DNA of 64,000 nucleotides from Candidatus Terrybacteria bacterium RIFCSPHIGHO2_01_FULL_48_17 (GCA_001822835.1 MHSS01000004.1:7186-71185); one strand, 5' to 3'; shown: positions 9,242-19,611, counted from the first letter of the stretch. The notes: generated from the letters alone by a model not told the origin. Numbers and translations: made by a program.

Positions 9242-9907
9242 ATGACCGCAATGATGATTCTGCAAAAAGAAAACCACAAAAAAGCGCCGGCGATCAGGAT
9301 TAACCGCACGTGGCGGAGGTCTTCGATTATTGGTTTGCGCCATGCGTTCGGAATGTTCTTTATTGCAGCGGGTATCGCGCTATTTGGGTTTTGGGCGATA
9401 CAGCCTGGAAGTTTTCTTGCTGCGTCTCTTACGTCGTCACTTCCATCAAGCATCCCCGCGCAGCCAGACGTTCCCGTACCGGAAATAGCCGCGACGCTTA
9501 ACGCAAACAACCAAGATGCGCCACGCCTCGTTATAGAAAAAATCGGTGTAAATATGCCCATCGTTGAAGGAAAAGACGAAAGCGCTCTCCTAAAAGGCGC
9601 CTGGCGCTCACCTTGGTCAAGCACCCCAGATCAGGGGGGTAACACGGTGCTTTTCGGACACCGATGGTACCATAAGCCGCCACATCCGGAAACTTTTTAT
9701 GCGCTGGATAAAATAGCGGTAGGCGATACCTTTAATATCTCCTGGAAAGGCGCGATCTACCATTACCAAGTTATCGAAACCAAAGTAGTTTCTCCGAAAG
9801 AAATTTCGGTACTCAAACCAACGGACGACTCCGTGGTAACGCTCATCACCTGTACTCCGCTTTATAGCACCAAGCAACGCCTCATTGTCCGTGCAAAACT
9901 GCTATAA
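9242..9907 (+). CDS. sortase family transpeptidase
   Basis: N-terminal TM, conserved His (LFGHRW), catalytic TLITC, downstream Arg; directly after its probable LPATG substrate. Confidence 0.8.
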   Translation: MTAMMILQKENHKKAPAIRINRTWRRSSIIGLRHAFGMFFIAAGIALFGFWAIQPGSFLAASLTSSLPSSIPAQPDVPVPEIAATLNANNQDAPRLVIEKIGVNMPIVEGKDESALLKGAWRSPWSSTPDQGGNTVLFGHRWYHKPPHPETFYALDKIAVGDTFNISWKGAIYHYQVIETKVVSPKEISVLKPTDDSVVTLITCTPLYSTKQRLIVRAKLL

Positions 9908-9915
9908 TATATAGT

Positions 9916-10932
9916 ATGTGGAACATGCATAAGCTTTCACCATTACACATAGCTCGGAACTTTTTCCTTCCCGGGCAAGAAAACCGTTTTGTGCCACCGG
10001 CCCTAAGCGCCCGCGCCTTGGTATACTACGGCATCTTAACAATGCTGGTATTGGCATCGCTCTCGCCATTAACCCAAACGGTGTCTTGGAGGATTTTTTT
10101 GGGTGCGCTTTCAGAAGAGGTTATCCTTGCCAAGGTAAACCCGGAGCGAGAGGCGGTTGCCGTAAATCCCTTGCGTGTCGATCCACTCCTTTCTGAAGCG
10201 GCACGCCTGAAAGCAGAAGACATGATTGCGCGCGATTACTTTTCGCACTACGACCCCGATGGTTCAAAACCATGGATTTGGTTTAAAAGGGTGGGATATA
10301 CATATGCGGCAGCCGGAGAAAATCTCGCAATAGATTTTTCGGATCCAGCCGCGCTCATGAATGCCTGGCTTGCTTCACCTTCGCACGCAAAAAACATCCA
10401 TAATGGAGTTTTTGCTGATGTGGGAATTGGAATTGCAAAAGGTAATTTCCAGGACCGCGAAACTGCAGTCGTGGTAATGTTTCTAGGCAACAAAGCGGCA
10501 CCAACCGTTCTGGCAACAACGACGCCACAACCAGCTCCGCCGCCACCCGAAACGCCCCCGCAGCCATCGCCGGAACCCAACCCGCAGCAAGCCCCAGAAC
10601 CGGAACCGGAGCCGACCCAACCCTTACCACAACAGGAGCCGACGCCCACCGAACCGCAAACACCGGCAACCGAACCGCTGATTATTCAAACCGCTCTTCC
10701 CGCTGAAACCCAAATTTTCAACGCGCCAATAGAGGAGCCAAACGCCTTTAGCGTTAACACGCGCGCATTTATTTTTACGAGGGTTCCCGCGTTCCTGCGT
10801 ATCGGTCTCTCGCTTATTATGATGGTTTCCCTTTTGGGAATTCTGATACGGCCACGCATGGCGCTTGTTTCCGCGCGCTCCCTTCTTGTGGCCCTATTTT
10901 TGCTTTCGCTTTGGGCTCCTAATCTAATTTGA
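9916..10932 (+). CDS. CAP/SCP/PR-1-like extracellular domain protein with Pro-rich linker and C-terminal TM
   Basis: N-terminal TM, YFSHYDPDG...NAWLASPSHAKNI (SCP-like), PAPPPPETPPQP linker, terminal hydrophobic anchor. Confidence 0.65.
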   Translation: MWNMHKLSPLHIARNFFLPGQENRFVPPALSARALVYYGILTMLVLASLSPLTQTVSWRIFLGALSEEVILAKVNPEREAVAVNPLRVDPLLSEAARLKAEDMIARDYFSHYDPDGSKPWIWFKRVGYTYAAAGENLAIDFSDPAALMNAWLASPSHAKNIHNGVFADVGIGIAKGNFQDRETAVVVMFLGNKAAPTVLATTTPQPAPPPPETPPQPSPEPNPQQAPEPEPEPTQPLPQQEPTPTEPQTPATEPLIIQTALPAETQIFNAPIEEPNAFSVNTRAFIFTRVPAFLRIGLSLIMMVSLLGILIRPRMALVSARSLLVALFLLSLWAPNLI

Positions 10933-11014
10933 ATAATCAATTCATCCACCGCTTAAACAATACCCCTTTCATTGGGGTATTGTATTTTATGGTCAGACAG
11001 GTACGATAAGAGTA

Positions 11015-12322
11015 ATGCGCTCTTTTCAAAAAGGGGAAAAAGAGATGAATAAACTTGATCGGAAGGCAAGCGCGCTTCTTGCAAAAAATCGAAGAACTGC
11101 AACACATAACGGCCGCACATATATCTATACCGTACCTTCCCCCAAAACCTACCCCTTCCAATGGTTTTGGGATTCCTGTTTCCATGCGATGGTCTATGCA
11201 GCGCTCGGTGAGGTCGAACATGCAAAAAATGAGATGGAAAGCTTGCTTTCGTGGCAGCAAGAAGATGGATCAATCCCCCACGTGATTTTTTGGGATCAGT
11301 CAAAGGTACGGCGATTTCCCCGCCGTTGGCATCTTCTCGAAAGCCACGGTGGCATTTCCTCGTTCTTTCCGTGGGCTCCGAAGCCAAAACACACCGCTCT
11401 TATGCAGCCGCCCGTGCTTGCCGAGGCGCTTGATCGTATTGCGAAAGCAGGGGGCGATCCACGGTGGTTTGCCGAAGTCCTTCCAAAAGCAAATCGCTAT
11501 TACCAACATCTTCTTGACGTACGGGATCCTGATCGCGATGGCTTAATAAGCATTGTGGCGCCTTTTGAATCGGGGCTTGATTATAGCCCCGCATATGATC
11601 CAGTGCTCAACCTTAAACCAAATTCTCCTCTCTTTGTTCTAGCTTTTGCGCCCCGGATTGTAACGCTCTCCAATAAAATTCGTTTTGGAAACGACATCCC
11701 GCGAATTCTTGCCAAAGGGAGATTTCATGTTGAAGACGTTTTCGTCAACGGGCTTTTGGCACATAATCTTCAAATTCTGGCAGAGCTTAATAAACAAGCG
11801 GGGAATCCCTATGAGCATTGGATCGCGTCCGCATTGAAAACGTCAGAATCTCTGCTTGGCAAATGCTACGACAAAGAACGAAGGGCGTTTTTTAATCTCT
11901 CCGGCAGGAACGAAAGGCGCTTTCCCGTGCTTAGCATTCATTGCTTCATTCCGCTTTTGGCGCCATATATGCCGGTTCAAATTGCACGCGATGTTATTGA
12001 AGCGCATCTTCTCAACGACAAAGAATTCTGGCCACCGTATCCGGTTCCGAGCGTTTCTATGTCGGAATCTTCTTTTACTGCGGCGCCACGGTATTTTTTG
12101 CGGGGGGATCTCATTTGGCGCGGAGGGTCATGGGTAAACACAAATCGTTATTGCGCAATTATTTTGGAACGCTACGGTTATAACGGCCAGGCAGATTTTT
12201 TGCGCAGAAAAACGCGCATGGCGTTTCTGCAAAACAATTTCCGGGAATATTGTAATCCCATAACCGGAGAAGGGTATGGCGCAGAGAACTTTGGGTGGTC
12301 AACGCTTGTGGTGGATATGTAA
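11015..12322 (+). CDS. six-hairpin glycoside hydrolase-like protein (GH63/GDE-like fold), uncertain
   Basis: FQWFWDSCFHAMVY-type motif and size; no catalytic residues verified. Confidence 0.4.
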   Translation: MRSFQKGEKEMNKLDRKASALLAKNRRTATHNGRTYIYTVPSPKTYPFQWFWDSCFHAMVYAALGEVEHAKNEMESLLSWQQEDGSIPHVIFWDQSKVRRFPRRWHLLESHGGISSFFPWAPKPKHTALMQPPVLAEALDRIAKAGGDPRWFAEVLPKANRYYQHLLDVRDPDRDGLISIVAPFESGLDYSPAYDPVLNLKPNSPLFVLAFAPRIVTLSNKIRFGNDIPRILAKGRFHVEDVFVNGLLAHNLQILAELNKQAGNPYEHWIASALKTSESLLGKCYDKERRAFFNLSGRNERRFPVLSIHCFIPLLAPYMPVQIARDVIEAHLLNDKEFWPPYPVPSVSMSESSFTAAPRYFLRGDLIWRGGSWVNTNRYCAIILERYGYNGQADFLRRKTRMAFLQNNFREYCNPITGEGYGAENFGWSTLVVDM

Positions 12323-12371
12323 CCCTAGAAGCGGATCCGCACCGACTTATGTTCCGAACAATACTAAAACA

Positions 12372-12395
12372 AGTTACCCCGCCTTATGGCGGGGT
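12372..12395. terminator. bidirectional terminator CCCCGCC-TTAT-GGCGGGG + TTTTAAT between convergent genes
   Basis: perfect 7-bp GC stem. Confidence 0.6.
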
Positions 12396-12396
12396 T

Positions 12397-12825
12397 TTAA
12401 TCAACAAAAGAAATAACTTCTTCGGTTATCTTGATAAGCTTTATAAGTTTTGTGGTCCAGCTTGAGCTTCCGTCCATTTGGGCAAAAACCAGTAGTTTTT
12501 CTCTCGCCTCGGCACGAGCGCCCTCATCCGTTTGCGCACGGAGGTCTTCCGTCCATCTCCGAAGCTCCTGCCCTTTCTTCCAATTGTGGCGCAAGTCGTC
12601 TTCTTTCACATACGACGCAAACTGCGCAACATAACGAAAAGAGAGGTTCTTGAGAGAACACAGGTAAAAATTACACCCAGGATTCTCTACTCCTAACGCA
12701 TCGAGCAGGTCTCCGATTTTACATTCAAGCTCTTCGTTATTGGGAGCATCAATTTCATAGGTATGATTTTCCCACAACCAAGGGGCGGCTTTGGGTTCAT
12801 GCGTAATAATGGCTTCGTACCGCAC
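12397..12825 (-). CDS. hypothetical protein
   Basis: 142-aa ORF, no motif recognised. Confidence 0.45.
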   Translation of the reverse strand: MRYEAIITHEPKAAPWLWENHTYEIDAPNNEELECKIGDLLDALGVENPGCNFYLCSLKNLSFRYVAQFASYVKEDDLRHNWKKGQELRRWTEDLRAQTDEGARAEAREKLLVFAQMDGSSSWTTKLIKLIKITEEVISFVD

Positions 12826-12924
12826 GAATTCCTCCTTATTTTCAAATTGCTATCTTTATATTTCTAACACAAAAAGGTTTCGTTGTCAAAAGTTTCACGT
12901 GAATAATCCCCCTCGTTTTACCTC

Positions 12925-13845
12925 CTACCCTTTGTTGCCTCGACTCAAGTATTTCCTATGCACTTCTTTAAGTTGTGGGTCGGTAACGTGGGTATAAACC
13001 TGCGTGGTTGTGATTGACGCATGCCCCAAAATCGCCTGAACAGAACGAAGGTCGGCGCCGTTTCGTAAAAGATCGGTAGCAAGGGAATGACGCATCGTAT
13101 GAGGGGTCACCTTTTTCCCTACGATTCCGGTTTTTACCGCATAGTGTTGTACCAAACGCTCTATGGAGCGTGGCGTTAAACGAGAGAAAAGATTCCCCTT
13201 CCCTCGTGGAATACGCACAAAAAGCGCCTCTTCCACTATATCTTTCCGCGCATCAAGCCATGTCTTCAACGCTTTTTTGGCGCGGTCAGATAAAAATACA
13301 ACCCGCACCTTTCCACCCTTCCCTCGCACAGAAAATTCTCCTTTCTTAAGATTTGCATCGCCGATATTAAGAGCGCATAGCTCTGAAACCCGTAAGCCGG
13401 TTGAAAAAAGGGTTTCCAAAATTGCCCGATCGCGCATAGCTCGCATACCAACACCCTCTGGCGCTTGAAGCAATCGCTCAAGCTCCTCTGGTTCCAAAAA
13501 CGAAACCTCGCGGTCTGGCTGTTTGGCAAGCTCAATCCGTTCAGCCGCCAACGCCTCAATCCCCTTATGGGCCAAATATTTAAGAAATGCGCGCAATGCA
13601 ATCAGATGATAGTTCTGTGTCTTTTGGTTAAGGGAAGGGCTCTGCCGATTCATCCATAAACGAAACTGTCGTACTCCCTCTTCCGTGAGATCCGAGAGAT
13701 CTAGTTTTTCCGCGTTGCCTTCTTTTGCAATAAATGCGAACAGGCGGCTCAAATAATGGTCGTAATTTTCAACGGTTTTGGGGGATCGTCCCCGCTCGAT
13801 CTCAATATACTCAAGAAATCGTTTTTTGGACTCATCAAGTTTCAT
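12925..13845 (-). CDS. xerC: tyrosine site-specific recombinase XerC/XerD family
   Basis: C-terminal HTMRHSLATDLL...LGHASITTTQVYTHV catalytic motifs (R..HxxR..Y). Confidence 0.85.
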   Translation of the reverse strand: MKLDESKKRFLEYIEIERGRSPKTVENYDHYLSRLFAFIAKEGNAEKLDLSDLTEEGVRQFRLWMNRQSPSLNQKTQNYHLIALRAFLKYLAHKGIEALAAERIELAKQPDREVSFLEPEELERLLQAPEGVGMRAMRDRAILETLFSTGLRVSELCALNIGDANLKKGEFSVRGKGGKVRVVFLSDRAKKALKTWLDARKDIVEEALFVRIPRGKGNLFSRLTPRSIERLVQHYAVKTGIVGKKVTPHTMRHSLATDLLRNGADLRSVQAILGHASITTTQVYTHVTDPQLKEVHRKYLSRGNKG

Positions 13846-13985
13846 ACGTTTTTCGTTTATGCATCCAATCCGTATATATGCGTCTATTTATATTGTACGA
13901 CATTTCATTGCTATTCAAAACGTTGACTTTTGAACATATCTATGCTATCCTAAAATCAGGTTCATCGAAAGAAAAAGAGGACGAT

Positions 13986-14360
13986 ATGAATTTGTTCGTA
14001 TATGGAACCCTCACGAAGCCGAGGGTGCAACAAAAAGTGCTCGGGCATACAGCGCAATCGCAGCCCGCAATACTTAAGAACCACACCTTCATTCGAACGC
14101 CTGCGAATTTCGGAAATTATCTTATGGCAGTTCGTAGCATGGGTAATCGCGTACACGGACTACTCCTCTCTGGCCTCTCAAAAGAGGATTTCGAAAAGCT
14201 CGACGAGTACGAGGAAATAGATCAGGAAGGGTGTCCGTACCATCGAAAGGACCTTTTGGTGGTTCTGGAAAACGGCGCGACGGTCTGGGCCGCTGTGTAT
14301 GTGGGAGGCGCAAAACCAAGGTCGCGCCCCAAACATAGCCCATTCGATATTGGTCTGTAG
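13986..14360 (+). CDS. gamma-glutamyl cyclotransferase / AIG2-like protein
   Basis: N-terminal MNLFVYGTL signature; AAAGAGG RBS; track ORF 13734.. is an upstream extension overlapping xerC. Confidence 0.6.
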   Translation: MNLFVYGTLTKPRVQQKVLGHTAQSQPAILKNHTFIRTPANFGNYLMAVRSMGNRVHGLLLSGLSKEDFEKLDEYEEIDQEGCPYHRKDLLVVLENGATVWAAVYVGGAKPRSRPKHSPFDIGL

Positions 14361-14362
14361 AT

Positions 14363-14390
14363 CCCCCAAACATGGGGGTTCTCTTCTTTT
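14363..14390 (+). terminator. CCCCCAAACATGGGGG + T-tract
   Basis: read directly. Confidence 0.6.
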
Positions 14391-14457
14391 AATAAAACCT
14401 TATCCCCAATTTCCTTGTTGCCACCCCAATATGGTATACTATCTTTGACTTTTATTT

Positions 14458-14721
14458 ATGCTCACTCCCAGACAAAAAGACCGTATCATCAAAAAGCATA
14501 ACCTGCATGATGCCGATACCGGCTCACCCGAAGTGCAGGTTGCTTTATTGTCCGATGAAATCAAACGGCTCACGCTACATCTAAAAAAACATCCGAAAGA
14601 TCATTCGTCCCGCCGCGGACTTTTAAAAATGGTTGCGAAACGCAAGAGTTTACTCGATTATCTCCGCGAAAAAAATGCGCGCCGTTATAACAAACTCGCC
14701 AAAGCCCTTGGCCTTGCTTAA
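14458..14721 (+). CDS. rpsO: 30S ribosomal protein S15
   Basis: 87 aa, [10 protein letters not shown]...[28 protein letters not shown]. Confidence 0.95.
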   Translation: MLTPRQKDRIIKKHNLHDADTGSPEVQVALLSDEIKRLTLHLKKHPKDHSSRRGLLKMVAKRKSLLDYLREKNARRYNKLAKALGLA

Positions 14722-15263
14722 TGGTTATCAAACATCCCTCACAACGCGTAGCTGTCTTAGTGGACGTCCAGAACATGTACCACAGCGCCCGGCACCTTTT
14801 TGGCGCGCGGGTGAATTTTAAGGCCCTGCTTGACGCGGCAGTGGCAAAGCGCCAGCTTATCCGTTCTATTGCATACGTGGTACGCTCAGGAGACCAAGAA
14901 GAAAAAACGTTTTTTGATGCCTTGACGAAGGCATCTTTTGAGATAAGGATGAAGGAGCTACAGATCTTTCAGGGCGGCATGAAAAAGGCCGACTGGGATG
15001 TGGGCCTTACGGTAGACGCCATACGTCTCGCCCCCTCGCTTGATGCGATCGTGATTGTGTCGGGAGACGGAGATTTTGTGCCGTTGGTCGAATACCTCAA
15101 AATGAATAAGGGCCTTCAGGTCGAGGTCATGGCCTTTGCAAAATCTTCCTCGCAACGCCTAAAAGAAGCCGCTGATGAATTCATCGATCTTGGCAGTAAC
15201 AAATATCTTTTAAATATTCCTCCTAGTCGCGCGCGGCGCACGATTCAACGGACGAGCACCTAG
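14721..15263 (+). CDS. NYN-domain (LabA-like) protein, start overlaps rpsO stop (TAATG)
   Basis: VAVLVDVQNMYHSAR ... IVSGDGDFVPLVEYL motifs. Confidence 0.8.
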   Translation: MVIKHPSQRVAVLVDVQNMYHSARHLFGARVNFKALLDAAVAKRQLIRSIAYVVRSGDQEEKTFFDALTKASFEIRMKELQIFQGGMKKADWDVGLTVDAIRLAPSLDAIVIVSGDGDFVPLVEYLKMNKGLQVEVMAFAKSSSQRLKEAADEFIDLGSNKYLLNIPPSRARRTIQRTST

Positions 15264-15388
15264 GAAGCCCTAAGCGCTTCCCAAGGGAAAGAGGGTACAG
15301 TACAAGAGAAATTTCCATTCCTGATTTTCTTGTATTCTTCTCTCTTTCTCTCCTCCTTTGAGCGTGGGCAGCCAACGCGCATTGTGTT

Positions 15389-17608
15389 ATGAGTAATCGG
15401 CTGTATTCATATACGCTCCCGCATGGCGTGGAGCTTCAGATAAGCTTTCCCGGTTACGCCGAACAGGCAAACGCAGAAACGCTTGTCCGGCTTGGCGATA
15501 CCGTTATACTCGTCACCACAGTCATGAAAGATGCCCGCAGTGACGGCGTGGGGTTTTTTCCTTTAACCGTAGAGTTTGAAGAAAAGTTTTATGCAGCAGG
15601 GGAGTTGCGCACGTCCCGGTTCGTAAAAAGAGAAGCCAAGCCATCAGATGAGGCGATTCTTGCTGCCCGCCTTATTGACCGCACCATCCGTCCCCGTTTC
15701 CCAAAGGGCATGCGCAACGAAGTGCAGGTGGTAGCAACGACGCTTTCGTATGACGGCGAGAACGATCCGGATATCCTCGGTATTTTGGGGGCCTCAATTG
15801 CCTTGTCGTGTTCCGATATTCCTTGGCACGGCCCGATTGCGGGCGTGCGAGTAGCAAAGCCCAATGGCACGATTTTGGTAAATCCTACCGTAGCCCAACG
15901 CGCGCAAGCAAAATCAGAAATTGTTATTGCCGGAACGAAAAATCGTATCAATATGATGGAAGCAGGCCTCAACGAACTTTCGCATCAAGAAGCACTTACC
16001 CTTATTGCCGATGGCCACAAAGAGGTACAAAAACTCTGCACATTTATTGAAAACATCGTTAAAGAGCAGGGAAAACCGAAAGTTGCCGCCGATCTCTTTG
16101 AACCACCGCGGGAACTGGTAAAAAACATTAGGGAACGCTTTGGCAAAGAGCTAAAAACAGCGCTTTTTGAAGTACCCGGCAAAGTCGAATCGCAAAGCAA
16201 TTTACGCGAACTTGAAGAACGGGCCATCGAGGAAATAGGGGACGAGCAGACAAGCGCACAACATATCCGCGAAGCATTCGAGAACGAAATCAATCGGGTC
16301 GTACACGAAGAAGCGCTTGAAAATGGACGCCGAGCAGACGGCAGGAAAAAGGATGAGGTGCGCATACTTCGTGCGCAAGCCGGAGTATTGCCGCGCACAC
16401 ACGGATCTTCTGTTTTTGTGCGTGGAACCACGCGCGCACTCGCAACCGTAACGCTTGCTGGGCCGGGTGAGCAGCAGCTTGTAGAAACCATGGAAGGGGA
16501 GTGGAAGAAAAATTTCATGCTTCATTATAATTTCCCGCCGTTTTCAGTAGGGGACATTAAGCCATTTCGCGGCCCGGGACGGCGCGAAATAGGCCATGGC
16601 GCTTTGGCGGAACGCGCTATTTCCCCCCTTATTCCTGACCGCGAGACGTTCCCTTATACTATTCGCGTGGTTTCGGAAATTCTTTCGTCAAACGGATCAT
16701 CATCAATGGCATCGGTCTGCGCCGGAACGCTTTCCCTTATGGACGCCGGCGTGCCTTTGAAAAAACCGGTTGCCGGCATCGCCATGGGGCTGATGATGGA
16801 ACAGGGAACAGGGGACGGGGGACAGGGGACAGGAAAATATCTGGTGTTAACGGATATTCAAGGGCCAGAGGATCATCATGGCGACATGGATTTGAAAGTG
16901 GCCGGCACTAAAGACGGTTTCACGGCTCTACAAATGGACGTAAAAATAGAAGGCGTAACATTGAGCGTAATTGAAGAAACGTTTGCGCAGGCACGAAACG
17001 CAATCGACCACATTTTAAAAACGATTACCGATGTTTTGCCGGCACCCCGGCCGTCGGTTGGACCATATGCGCCGAAGGTCCTTGTGCTTAAAATTAACCC
17101 GGATCGCATCCGAGATGTCATCGGTCCTGGCGGCCGCGTGATCAATACCATCATTGAAGAAACGGGTGCTACGATTGACGTTGAACAAGATGGCACTGTG
17201 TATGTTACGTCAATCGATGAGGCGGCCGCGCAAAAAGCGCTTGCATGGGTCAGAAACCTCACCCGCGAAATTATGCCGGGGGAAGAATTTGAAGGAAAAG
17301 TATCACGCATATTTCCGTTTGGCGTGATGCTGGAAATCATGCCGGACAAAGAAGGCCTTATACACGTTTCTGCCCTTGAGCGGTTTAGCATTAGGCACCC
17401 CGGGGATGCCTTTAAGCCCGGACAGGTCGTTCCTGTAGTAGTAAAGGAGATTGACGATCAAGGAAGAGTAAACCTGGCATTAAAGGAAGGATACCAGCCA
17501 GAGGTACAAAGCAGCGGATTTTCCCGTCCGCCGCTCCCTCCTCGTCCGCACCACGGAGGCCCGCGAAGAGGTTTTGGTGGGAATCGTCAGTCCCGAGATC
17601 GTTATTGA
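15389..17608 (+). CDS. pnp: polynucleotide phosphorylase with Arg/Gly-rich C-terminal tail and a heptamer-encoded loop insertion
   Basis: Two RNase PH domains, KH + S1; DEDHHGDMDLKVAGT motif. Confidence 0.95.
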   Translation: MSNRLYSYTLPHGVELQISFPGYAEQANAETLVRLGDTVILVTTVMKDARSDGVGFFPLTVEFEEKFYAAGELRTSRFVKREAKPSDEAILAARLIDRTIRPRFPKGMRNEVQVVATTLSYDGENDPDILGILGASIALSCSDIPWHGPIAGVRVAKPNGTILVNPTVAQRAQAKSEIVIAGTKNRINMMEAGLNELSHQEALTLIADGHKEVQKLCTFIENIVKEQGKPKVAADLFEPPRELVKNIRERFGKELKTALFEVPGKVESQSNLRELEERAIEEIGDEQTSAQHIREAFENEINRVVHEEALENGRRADGRKKDEVRILRAQAGVLPRTHGSSVFVRGTTRALATVTLAGPGEQQLVETMEGEWKKNFMLHYNFPPFSVGDIKPFRGPGRREIGHGALAERAISPLIPDRETFPYTIRVVSEILSSNGSSSMASVCAGTLSLMDAGVPLKKPVAGIAMGLMMEQGTGDGGQGTGKYLVLTDIQGPEDHHGDMDLKVAGTKDGFTALQMDVKIEGVTLSVIEETFAQARNAIDHILKTITDVLPAPRPSVGPYAPKVLVLKINPDRIRDVIGPGGRVINTIIEETGATIDVEQDGTVYVTSIDEAAAQKALAWVRNLTREIMPGEEFEGKVSRIFPFGVMLEIMPDKEGLIHVSALERFSIRHPGDAFKPGQVVPVVVKEIDDQGRVNLALKEGYQPEVQSSGFSRPPLPPRPHHGGPRRGFGGNRQSRDRY
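16803..16833. repeat. heptamer tandem repeat (GGGGACA-type) inside pnp, in-frame (QGTGDGGQGTG)
   Basis: gggaacaggggacgggggacaggggacagg; the corresponding loop in E. coli PNPase (GLVKEGDNYVV) is about 10 aa shorter. Confidence 0.85.
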
Positions 17609-17671
17609 CAGAGGAACTACGGACTGTTATTCTAACCAAAGATTTACAATAAACAAAAGGGGGAGAGCGCA

Positions 17672-18136
17672 ATGGCGCTGATAGTGATACTTGGCGGCGG
17701 GGTCTTTCTTTTCTTTCTTCTGTGGGCAATTGTAGCAAGGGAGACCGAGTGGCTTCTGGCGGCGCTAATGTTTGGCATTATTGCTGCATTGTTCGGGGTG
17801 GCATTCGCTACAGTTGCAAACCAAATACAGCCGCCGCCATACGAACCCTGTGGCGAAGTACAAATTGAGCTAAAGGACAACAAAGCCGCATATGTGGTGC
17901 GTGGTCGTTACGACAACGTATTTGTACGCTTTTGGACAAAATACGGATATTTTGTCGAACCCCACGAAGTGGTCGCAAGCCACGTCGAGATCCACGAAGA
18001 GAACAGAAACGATGCTGTGGCGGAACGGTATTGCCGTGACCGCATCCGATGGTTTGCGCTAGATTGGTCAGACGACAAATACAAATTGCTCGTACCCGAG
18101 GGCTCGGTGGTTACTTCACCGGACCTTTTACGGTAA
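17672..18136 (+). CDS. hypothetical membrane protein (2 N-terminal TM)
   Basis: AAAGGGGGAG RBS; ORF followed by terminator. Confidence 0.5.
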   Translation: MALIVILGGGVFLFFLLWAIVARETEWLLAALMFGIIAALFGVAFATVANQIQPPPYEPCGEVQIELKDNKAAYVVRGRYDNVFVRFWTKYGYFVEPHEVVASHVEIHEENRNDAVAERYCRDRIRWFALDWSDDKYKLLVPEGSVVTSPDLLR

Positions 18137-18141
18137 ACAAT

Positions 18142-18170
18142 GGGGCTGCATGGCAGCCCTATTTTTCTTG
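18142..18170 (+). terminator. GGGGCTGC-ATG-GCAGCCC + TATTTTTCTT
   Basis: read directly. Confidence 0.65.
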
Positions 18171-18196
18171 CCCCAAAAAAGTGGTATAATAATTCT

Positions 18197-19498
18197 ATGG
18201 CCCAAAATAATCGAAACGACGAAGATATATTGACTGCAGGCCAAGCAAGGCCTGATGAAAAGCGTATTCGCACAATGCAGGAGGACCTGGAGCGTGCCAA
18301 GGAACACGTACTCCCTGATCTGCCCTTAGCCACGCCACCCTTACCCAAACAACCTTCAAGACCTGAAACGCCTGTGATTTCGGAAGAATCCCCAGCACCC
18401 ATAGAGTTGCCCATTGTAGGCGAAGAAACGAAACCGGAGGCCGTGCCTCCCGCACCTCCTGAACCTCCACAAACGCCCCCACTCCCGCAAGCAACCGAAT
18501 CGCTTCCAGAAGAAATTTCAGCAGAAGATATTCTCTCGGCGGTCACCGAACCACCGCAACAAAAAGAAACACCAACAACGGGATTTTCTCCTGAAGAACG
18601 CCTTAGTTACTCGCAGGAAGAAAGCGATAAGAAAACCGTAGCGCCTTCGGTACCAGAACTTCCCGTGTTAACTCCCGAAGAAATGCTCTCATTTGGCGAG
18701 GAGGCATTGCCCCAAGCAAAAACAGGAGGCAGATTTTCTGGTATCGCACAAAAACTCCCCATGAAAATGGTCGCAATCGGCCTTGGTGTTTTATTGGTTA
18801 TGGGGGGCCTCGGTATTGTTGGTTACAGCTTCTTTTTTGCAGGCGGGGAAGAGCCGCCACAGCCAGAGCCAACCGCCCCCACACAACCCCCTATTACCGG
18901 ACCTATCGGCTCTCCAGAAGAACCTCCGGTTCCTGAAGCCGTTCTTACCGTTCAAGACACCACCCCGCTTATCGCAAACGACCAGCGCGCCCTAAGCTCA
19001 ACTGCGCGCCGCGTCTATGGCCTCCAGGTTCCCGACCGCGCCGTACACCGCGCATTGGTAAAGCTTGATACGTCCACCGAAAAGCGATATTTGAGTGTTT
19101 CCGAAATCATGGAACAGCTTGGGGCACCTCTTGCCCCAAATCTTGCACGGTATCTTGTAGAATCTGAATCAACGTTTTTCGTATACAGTGAAAACGGGAC
19201 CGTACGCATCGGCTTTGCGGTCCGCACATCCGATGCCGCGGCCCTTCGTGCCGAACTATCCTCTTGGGAAGCCAATGCCGAACAAGAACTTGCAAGCGCA
19301 TTAGAGGCGCTCGGGAAAACGCAAAGCGCCGCAACGCCCCGCTTTCAGGACAACACCCACAACGGCACCCCTATTCGTTTCCTTAACTTTCCTGATCCCA
19401 ACCTTACGATTGATTATGCGGTAGTAGAAAGCAAAAATCTTTTCATTCTGACGACATCTCGCGGCAGCATGTTTGCAGCAATTGATGCGCTACCATAA
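18197..19498 (+). CDS. Pro-rich bitopic membrane protein, hypothetical; probably leaderless (extended -10 TGgTATAAT at 18182-18190)
   Basis: ATG 7 nt after the -10; the track's 18140 start lies inside the upstream terminator. Confidence 0.55.
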   Translation: MAQNNRNDEDILTAGQARPDEKRIRTMQEDLERAKEHVLPDLPLATPPLPKQPSRPETPVISEESPAPIELPIVGEETKPEAVPPAPPEPPQTPPLPQATESLPEEISAEDILSAVTEPPQQKETPTTGFSPEERLSYSQEESDKKTVAPSVPELPVLTPEEMLSFGEEALPQAKTGGRFSGIAQKLPMKMVAIGLGVLLVMGGLGIVGYSFFFAGGEEPPQPEPTAPTQPPITGPIGSPEEPPVPEAVLTVQDTTPLIANDQRALSSTARRVYGLQVPDRAVHRALVKLDTSTEKRYLSVSEIMEQLGAPLAPNLARYLVESESTFFVYSENGTVRIGFAVRTSDAAALRAELSSWEANAEQELASALEALGKTQSAATPRFQDNTHNGTPIRFLNFPDPNLTIDYAVVESKNLFILTTSRGSMFAAIDALP

Positions 19499-19611
19499 AT
19501 GAAGGATGGGGGATAGAATGCAAACAATGAGTATGAGATCGAACAAAAACGGCATATGCTATTTTTGTTTATAGGTTGTGAATAGCATGGTAAATTCTGT
19601 GGATAAGTTGT

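Noticed and set aside
10248-10669. Antisense ORFs with Gly/Ala-rich translations inside the CAP-protein gene
   Set aside because: They mirror the Pro/Ala-rich linker on the sense strand, so they are artefacts.
12925-13845. Tyrosine recombinase as a marker of an integrated mobile element
   Set aside because: The catalytic-domain motifs and size fit housekeeping XerC/XerD. No flanking direct repeats, phage or transposase genes were seen. It is therefore treated as chromosomal dif recombinase, although a mobile origin cannot be excluded without genome context.
13734-13985. Track start of the GGCT-like gene at 13734
   Set aside because: The first 84 codons overlap xerC on the opposite strand and lack similarity. 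A conserved MNLFVYGTL start with an RBS lies at 13986.
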